Shown: positions 26,231-31,466 of the stretch, one piece after another | How positions within the stretch are numbered: position 1 is the stretch's first letter | How the letters are laid out: the number at the start of each line of letters is the position of its first letter | IMG/VR virus record: IMGVR_UViG_2645727604_000022 | Reading direction: 5' to 3' (one strand) | DNA: 31,466 nucleotides | DNA from: a virus | Lineage: Duplodnaviria > Heunggongvirae > Uroviricota > Caudoviricetes | The notes under the pieces: model-generated | What the model was told of the DNA's origin: nothing | Databases searched by the model: none | Seen by the model: the letters and a program-made list of their open reading frames with translations, nothing else | Made by a program: the position numbers and the translations under genes

Positions 26231-26565
26231 ATGGACTCCGAAAACTCACTATTGGAAGAACCAGAGGCACAGTACATCGCGCTCATTTCGTTAACGTCGC
26301 GCGTGCGGACGAAGATTTTTGTGGAGTCACTACGCGAGCAGAACAGGTCATCTACGACCAGAAATTCTCTGGCGCAGCCGCTGACCTTCTCAACGCTAAC
26401 ACCATCGACCGTAATTTCTGACATAGTTAAGGCATCCGCTCCTACCACCATAAAATGATAAGCTTTGCTTGTATCTGCTGTATTAATGCCAGACTTTGCT
26501 GTCATATTGCTGGATTTTTGCGACATAGCAGTCAGTGAAAATATCTTCTTCTGGACGGTTAGCAT
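26170..26565 (-). CDS. Protein-like N-terminal part of the ORF starting at 26565; 3' end unresolved (frame stays open to 25537)
   Basis: SD GGAGG 7 nt before ATG 26565, coupled to the upstream gene; the first ~130 codons look protein-like, the following codons read like translated structured RNA; the 26170 end is arbitrary. Confidence 0.3.
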
Positions 26566-26741
26566 TTGTTAACCTCCGCGAACTCCTTCATGAAGCGCGC
26601 CAGCGGTTGTACGCATGGCGATTGATACCCGTCGCGATAAAACGTCACTCGGTTGTGAGACACGCTTTCGACAGTAACGAGTGCTCCGTGGGCATCTTTG
26701 TAGCGTTTTTGAGGTTGTGGTGTTCCTGTCGGCTTAAACAT
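26559..26741 (-). CDS. Hypothetical small protein (60 aa from ATG 26741)
   Basis: SD GGAGG 6 nt before ATG; start overlaps the AntA-like stop. Confidence 0.4.
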   Translation of the reverse strand: MFKPTGTPQPQKRYKDAHGALVTVESVSHNRVTFYRDGYQSPCVQPLARFMKEFAEVNKC

Positions 26742-27567
26742 GGACCGCCTCCAGACGCTTGGCGAGCCAGCGTTGCGACAGGCGGGTGAGTTCTCCTTTG
26801 CGCTGCTCATATTCCATGCCCATATCAATTAACGTGATATTGGTGCTTTCGAGATATGAGAGGTGCTCAAGCTGTTCTGCGTTCATATGGTCGCGAGGTT
26901 CGCCAGAATAGCCATTTATCCGCGCCCACTGCTTAGCAGTTAGCCCTCCAAGAACGATACGAGAAATCATATTGCTCTCGTTTGTGTAGTGGTGTTGCTG
27001 CGTCGTTTTCCCCTGCTCGGCACGGGCCATATTCAGCGCATCGCACATTGGCTTAAAGTTGTTTGCGGCACTGATACGGGCTTTTAGCTGGCGACGATAG
27101 CGGGCGGCGATTTCAGGCACGCTACGCTGTAATTCTTCCTCGCACTGGATGAAATAACGACGGATAGCGCGACCCTGATCATTGCGTTCGATCATTGCCA
27201 GCTCTTTCGCCATTCCGACACTTAACAGATAGTCTTTGCCGGGTCTGCCAGACTGCTTAATCTTGCTGTAAGCCGTGCCATTCGGGCTTTTCCCCAAATT
27301 TGGGGAAATTGTTTTATGGACTGAGTAATCGTGCCCAATGGTGAAGTCATATTCAGAGATGCGATCAGTGATCCATGTAGAGAAGTCTTTTCCCACGCCC
27401 AACGCTTTGTGTAACGCTTTTGCGCTAACAATATTGGTTTCACGCCCACCGATGTGACCAGGAATAACCGGGACAATTGCGGCAAATTCATTACCGTTAA
27501 TTGTGCCCAGAGAGGCGTTCAGATGAGGGGCGGCCTCAGAAATTAATCTGCTTTTTTCGATGTTCAT
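26734..27567 (-). CDS. AntA/AntB-type antirepressor-like protein (277 aa)
   Basis: N-terminal segment SAKALHKALGVGKDFSTWITDRISEYDFTIGHDY matches the AntA domain pattern as recalled. Confidence 0.6.
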   Translation of the reverse strand: MNIEKSRLISEAAPHLNASLGTINGNEFAAIVPVIPGHIGGRETNIVSAKALHKALGVGKDFSTWITDRISEYDFTIGHDYSVHKTISPNLGKSPNGTAYSKIKQSGRPGKDYLLSVGMAKELAMIERNDQGRAIRRYFIQCEEELQRSVPEIAARYRRQLKARISAANNFKPMCDALNMARAEQGKTTQQHHYTNESNMISRIVLGGLTAKQWARINGYSGEPRDHMNAEQLEHLSYLESTNITLIDMGMEYEQRKGELTRLSQRWLAKRLEAVHV

Positions 27568-27579
27568 TTTCAGTCTCCG

Positions 27580-28011
27580 TTAGGCGGCGTTAAACGCGTC
27601 CGGGTAGAGTTTCAGAATGTCGGCAATTTCCTGCTGAGAAAGTCCGTTGTGATCATTTATGTTCGCAAGATGGTTAATATGAGTGATCACTTTCAGAACA
27701 TCACCACGGCAGGAGAAACGGTAGCGAAGGTGTGTTCCGATACCATCAGGATTCTTTTCGTCGATACGCTCCAGAGTGATTCCAAGCTGGCGTTCTAACT
27801 CTGTTGCATAGTTACGACCAGAAGACAGACGGCAGTAGCGAAGAATGTCATTTTCTGTCCATCCCTCTATACCAGTACGCAGCATATAGACTCTGGCACG
27901 ATGCTTTTTCGGTGTGCGCTTTGGTGCTTGAAGGGATTTTGTAAGGGGCGTAACATCAGATACACGAATATCTGAATTAGCCGCCTGTAATGGGCGGTTT
28001 TTCTTTTCCAT
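27580..28011 (-). CDS. Hypothetical putative DNA-binding protein (143 aa)
   Basis: ORF coupled to alpA (ATGA overlap); basic N-terminus, HTH-like segment RLSSGRNYATELERQLGITL. Confidence 0.5.
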   Translation of the reverse strand: MEKKNRPLQAANSDIRVSDVTPLTKSLQAPKRTPKKHRARVYMLRTGIEGWTENDILRYCRLSSGRNYATELERQLGITLERIDEKNPDGIGTHLRYRFSCRGDVLKVITHINHLANINDHNGLSQQEIADILKLYPDAFNAA

Positions 28012-28214
28012 CAGGCCACCTCGTCTCTAGATTCTAATATACACTTCTCAATCCATTCATCTATTTCAGACTCAACAAAAGCAATTGCCCGACTTCCAAT
28101 TTTTACCTGTTTAGGGAACCTCCCCTGACTAATAAGACGATAAATCCATGCTTTGCTATAACCAGTTCGCCTTTGAACTTCAGAGAGACGAATTAATGAA
28201 TTGTAATTAGCCAT
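28011..28214 (-). CDS. alpA: AlpA-family excisionase / transcriptional regulator (67 aa)
   Basis: LIRLSEVQRRTGYSKAWIYRLISQGRFPKQVKIGSRAIAFVESEIDEWI matches the AlpA pattern. Confidence 0.8.
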   Translation of the reverse strand: MANYNSLIRLSEVQRRTGYSKAWIYRLISQGRFPKQVKIGSRAIAFVESEIDEWIEKCILESRDEVA

Positions 28215-28436
28215 TTATTAATATCCTGTACTAATGACGCAATAACCCCCTCCTGCAACGAATGGCGAGAGTTTTATTTGCGTCAAATGTCGAATACGCC
28301 AAAGACCACAATATGAAAAACATATTGCGGTCTTTTATAAAAGATAGTCAGATTGTTTTGGTTTGTTCGCTCCACAAGGGTAGAGCTACCCTGCATTTCG
28401 GCAGGATCACGCTATTAGGCGTGACATCCAGTAGTT

Positions 28437-28499
28437 TTAAAGAACAATTGCGCTTTGTCAGCGCCAAAGCCTGTTAAAGAACATTCCGCTTTGTCAGCG
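28437..28499. repeat. Two direct 26-27-bp repeats TTAAAGAACA(A/T)T(T/C)(G/C)CGCTTTGTCAGCG between int and alpA
   Basis: Copies at 28437-28463 and 28474-28499. Confidence 0.3.
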
Positions 28500-28642
28500 A
28501 CGTAGAAGGCTCAATACACCTTCGTTTATAAAAGAGCGATTGCCCTTCTCCAGGGCTAACTGTTAAATAGCAATCCTCTGTGAGTTTTTATCAATCTACT
28601 CCCCTATACTTTAGTAAACCTCTGTATACTTGTCCAGTTGTT

Positions 28643-29857
28643 TCATGCGTGTTTTTCAAACACCATATGCACCACATTTCCGCCATGCTCGAGAGAATCC
28701 ATATAGTCGGCATACCATTGAAGCATCTCCCGCCTTCCATCCAGATATTGCGCATGGTTGTATGTGCCACGAATTGAGTTCTTATCAACGTGAGCGAGCT
28801 GCGTTTCTATCCACGCGGTGTTATAGCCCTGCTCATGCAAAATCGTACTCATAGTGTGCCGGAACCCATGACCAGTTACACGTCCAGCGTAGCCAATGCG
28901 CTTAAACACTTGGTTTATGCTGGCCTCACTCATTGTTTTCCTTGGATCATTGCGCCCGGGAAACATAAGAGGGTAATTGCCTGTTATTTCTCTAATCTTC
29001 CCAATAAGCGAAAGAGCCTGATCAGACAATGGCACAATATGAGGCCGCCGCATTTTCATACGTGAAGCGGGTATCTCCCAGATAGCCTTGTTGAAATCAA
29101 TTTCATCCCATAATGCGCCACGTAGTTCGCCAGTCCGCAAGCCGGTGATAATCAGTAGACGAGCCGCCATAACAACCAATGCGCTTCCTGAGTAACTGGA
29201 CAATGCCTTGAAAAAATCAGGTAATTCTTTAGCTGTAAGGAAAGGGTAATGATTAGATTCATGGCCTTGCATCGCGCTAGTAAGGTCTGGTGCAGGGTTA
29301 TACTCTGCGCGACCAGTGACTATTGCATAGCGGAAAACTTCCCCGCACCGCTGCCTCACTTTTTTGGCTTTTTCTGTAGCACCGCGCCCCTCGATGCGCC
29401 GCAGCACATTCAGAAGTTCAAGTGGTTTGATTTCGGCGATTGGTTTTTTGCCAATGTAAGGGAACACATCTTTGTTGAAGGCTTCGAGGATGTCTGAAGC
29501 ATAACCAGCAGACCATTTTTTTAATTTGCTGCTGTGCCACTCAAGGGCAATATCTTTGAAGGTGTTGTTTAACTGCGTTTCCCGGGCAATCTTTTCCTCT
29601 CGTTTCGCTTCCATCGGATCGATACCACCAGCGATACCTCTTTTCGCATCTTCACGTTTTGCCCGAGCATCGGCTAGAGTAACCTCAGGATACACACCTA
29701 GTGCCAATAGCTTCTCTTTACCAGCTACACGATATTTAAGTCGCCAGTATTTACCTCCATTAGGTTTTACCAAGAGATACAAACCGCCACCATCGGCCAG
29801 CTTGTAAGCCTTCTCTTTTGGCTTGGCTGTGTCTATTTGACGGGCATTGAGTTTCAC
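28643..29857 (-). CDS. int: P4-type tyrosine integrase (404 aa)
   Basis: N-terminus MKLNARQIDTAKPKEKAYKLADGGGLYLLVKPNGGKYWRLKYR typical of tRNA-targeting P4-like integrases; catalytic HGFRHT and Tyr region near the C-terminus; adjacent to tRNA. Confidence 0.9.
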   Translation of the reverse strand: MKLNARQIDTAKPKEKAYKLADGGGLYLLVKPNGGKYWRLKYRVAGKEKLLALGVYPEVTLADARAKREDAKRGIAGGIDPMEAKREEKIARETQLNNTFKDIALEWHSSKLKKWSAGYASDILEAFNKDVFPYIGKKPIAEIKPLELLNVLRRIEGRGATEKAKKVRQRCGEVFRYAIVTGRAEYNPAPDLTSAMQGHESNHYPFLTAKELPDFFKALSSYSGSALVVMAARLLIITGLRTGELRGALWDEIDFNKAIWEIPASRMKMRRPHIVPLSDQALSLIGKIREITGNYPLMFPGRNDPRKTMSEASINQVFKRIGYAGRVTGHGFRHTMSTILHEQGYNTAWIETQLAHVDKNSIRGTYNHAQYLDGRREMLQWYADYMDSLEHGGNVVHMVFEKHA

Positions 29858-29888
29858 TTGGGGGTACCTCCACTAAACCGAACAGCAA

Positions 29889-29913
29889 ATACCCCCATAA
29901 GTACCCCCATCTG
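29889..29913. repeat. Tandem TACCCCCA motif ATACCCCCATAAGTACCCCCATCTG, right-end copy (candidate arm-type site)
   Basis: Partner of 12264-12288. Confidence 0.4.
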
Positions 29914-29922
29914 ACCGTAGAT

Positions 29923-30005
29923 TTTGAGGGACTTTAGTAGACGTCAAAAGACGAACGGGGCTTTAATACGCGGATTATAAGGGGTTTTGAAAGACTTTAG
30001 TAGAC
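29923..30005. repeat. Two direct 21-bp repeats TTTTGA(GG/AA)GACTTTAGTAGAC between int and attR
   Basis: Copies at 29923-29942 and 29985-30005. Confidence 0.4.
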
Positions 30006-30020
30006 TTGGGGAGATGTTTG

Positions 30021-30039
30021 AATGGTGCCGATAATAGGA
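30021..30039. repeat. attR: 19-bp core overlapping the 3' end of tRNA-Thr
   Basis: Identical to 12184-12202. Confidence 0.6.
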
Positions 30040-30098
30040 GTCGAACCTACGACCTTCGCATTACGAATGCGCTGCTCTACCAACTGAGCTATATCGGC
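30023..30098 (-). tRNA. thrW: tRNA-Thr (anticodon CGU)
   Basis: Reverse complement reads GCCGATATAGCTCAGTTGGTAGAGCAGCGCATTCGTAATGCGAAGGTCGTAGGTTCGACTCCTATTATCGGCACCA; 7-bp acceptor stem, anticodon loop TTCGTAA. Confidence 0.9.
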
Positions 30099-30212
30099 CC
30101 TGAAAGGACATGTTCACGAACGTGAATCACGGTGGACAAGGTTAAAACTAACCGGGCGATGCGTCAATGGCCTTGTGAATCAAATGGCTACTTTTGCATC
30201 ACCCGGTTTTAT

Positions 30213-31466
30213 TTACGCACGAATGGTGTAATCACCAATGCCGATCCACTTGTAAGTGGTCAGTGCTTCCAGCCCCATCGGGCCACGCGCGTGAAGTTTT
30301 TGTGTGCTTACCGCCACTTCCGCTCCCAGACCAAACTGGCCGCCATCGGTAAAACGCGTAGAGGCGTTAACGTAAACAGCGGACGAATCCACTTCGTTAA
30401 CAAAACGCTGGGCGTTGCGCATATCGCGGGTCAGGATCGCATCGGAGTGTTGTGTGCCGTGTTCACGAATATGGGCGATGGCATCGTCAAGATCGCTGAC
30501 GATTTTAACGTTCAAATCTAATGACAGAAACTCATCGTCATACTCTTCGGCTTTAACAGCCACCACCTTCGCGGGGCCTGCCTGCAACTGCGCCAGCGCA
30601 GCTACATCTGCGTGTAATGTCACGCTGCTTTCCGCCATTTGCTTGCTTAATGCGGGCAGGAAGCTATCGGCGATGTTTTTATTCACCAGCAACGTTTCTA
30701 CCGTATTACACGTGCTCGGACGCTGAGTTTTCGCGTTGACAATTACTTTCAGGGCTTCAGCGATCTCTGCGCTTTCATCAACGTAAATATGGCATACGCC
30801 TATACCGCCTGTGATCACCGGAATTGTCGACTGCTCGCGGCACAGTTTATGCAAACCAGCCCCACCGCGCGGGATCAGCATGTCGATGTATTTATCCATA
30901 CGCAGCATTTCACTGACCAGCGCACGGTCAGGATTATCAATTGCCTGCACGGCACCCGCCGGTAAGCCGCAGGATTTCAGGGCGTCCTGAATCACCGCTA
31001 CCGTTGCAGCGTTAGTGCGACAGGTTTCTTTGCCGCCGCGCAGGATCACCGCGTTACCGGTTTTCAGGCACAGGGAAGCAACATCAACCGTCACGTTCGG
31101 GCGCGCTTCATAAATCACGCCAATCACTCCCAGCGGTACGCGACGACGCTCAAGACGCAGGCCGCTGTCCAGTACGCCGCCATCGATTACCTGCCCCACC
31201 GGATCGGCGAGATTGCACACCTGGCGCACATCGTCGGCAATGCCTGTCAGCCGTGCGGGCGTCAGTGCCAGACGGTCAAGCATCGCTTCGCTAAGGCCAT
31301 TAGCACGCGCGTCTGCAACATCCTGTGCGTTAGCGTTGAGGATGCTTTCGCTTTGTGCTTCCAGTTCATCGGCGATTTTTTCCAGCACACGATTTTTTTC
31401 GCGGCTGGAGAGTTGCGCTAATTTATACGAGGCTTGCTTCGCGGCAATGCCCATTTGTTCCAGCAT
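30213..31466 (-). CDS. proA: Gamma-glutamyl phosphate reductase (417 aa, complete; start at window edge)
   Basis: Full-length match to E. coli ProA as recalled ([25 protein letters not shown] ... GDYTIRA). Confidence 0.95.
   Translation of the reverse strand: MLEQMGIAAKQASYKLAQLSSREKNRVLEKIADELEAQSESILNANAQDVADARANGLSEAMLDRLALTPARLTGIADDVRQVCNLADPVGQVIDGGVLDSGLRLERRRVPLGVIGVIYEARPNVTVDVASLCLKTGNAVILRGGKETCRTNAATVAVIQDALKSCGLPAGAVQAIDNPDRALVSEMLRMDKYIDMLIPRGGAGLHKLCREQSTIPVITGGIGVCHIYVDESAEIAEALKVIVNAKTQRPSTCNTVETLLVNKNIADSFLPALSKQMAESSVTLHADVAALAQLQAGPAKVVAVKAEEYDDEFLSLDLNVKIVSDLDDAIAHIREHGTQHSDAILTRDMRNAQRFVNEVDSSAVYVNASTRFTDGGQFGLGAEVAVSTQKLHARGPMGLEALTTYKWIGIGDYTIRA

Larger units (their letters stand above)
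12184..30039. mobile_element. Element B: P4-like / tRNA-targeting integrative element inserted at thrW
   Basis: 19-bp direct repeat AATGGTGCCGATAATAGGA at both ends (right copy is the 3' end of the tRNA); P4-type integrase adjacent to the tRNA; AlpA, AntA-like and primase-helicase genes inside. Confidence 0.6.

Noticed and set aside
26201-26458. 85-aa plus-strand ORF
   Set aside because: Low-complexity composition, no SD; begins inside the repeated terminator-associated motif
25537-26565. 342-aa uninterrupted ORF as a single protein
   Set aside because: Its middle reads like translated structured RNA, it contains two internally SD-fronted small genes and spans a plus-strand terminator; kept only the protein-like 5' part with low confidence
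30132-30726. Plus-strand ORFs inside proA
   Set aside because: Antisense to a fully conserved housekeeping gene

Overview
The window holds the 3' side of an E. coli-type proA-thrW locus (proA 30213-31466, tRNA-Thr(CGU) 30023-30098, both minus strand) with two integrated elements stacked at the tRNA. Element B (about 12184-30039) is bounded by a 19-bp direct repeat of the tRNA 3' end (12184-12202 and 30021-30039). It carries a P4-type tyrosine integrase, an AlpA-like excisionase, an AntA-like antirepressor, a chain of translationally coupled small genes and a 919-aa zinc-ribbon/P-loop primase-helicase. Nested in B, between two mutually inverted ~120-130-bp iteron clusters (13641-13770 and 20679-20799), is the most interesting cargo: a five-gene minus-strand operon (53-aa RHH-like protein, then 153, 225, 432 and 705 aa coiled-coil/glycine-rich proteins) fronted by a TATAAT plus a CTGT-N8-ACAG LexA-type box, and a convergent AT-rich four-helix membrane protein gene. 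Element A (1 to about 12183) is visibly AT-rich and has a tyrosine integrase at the window edge, a structural-looking operon, a replication module whose HTH protein ends in an SSB-like DDFDIPF tail, a ~1.9-kb ORF-free region with 22-bp iterons and a repeated TGTGTAAT motif, and a serine recombinase with a res-like site. All product calls rest on motifs read by eye and on recalled family sequences; no database search was run.
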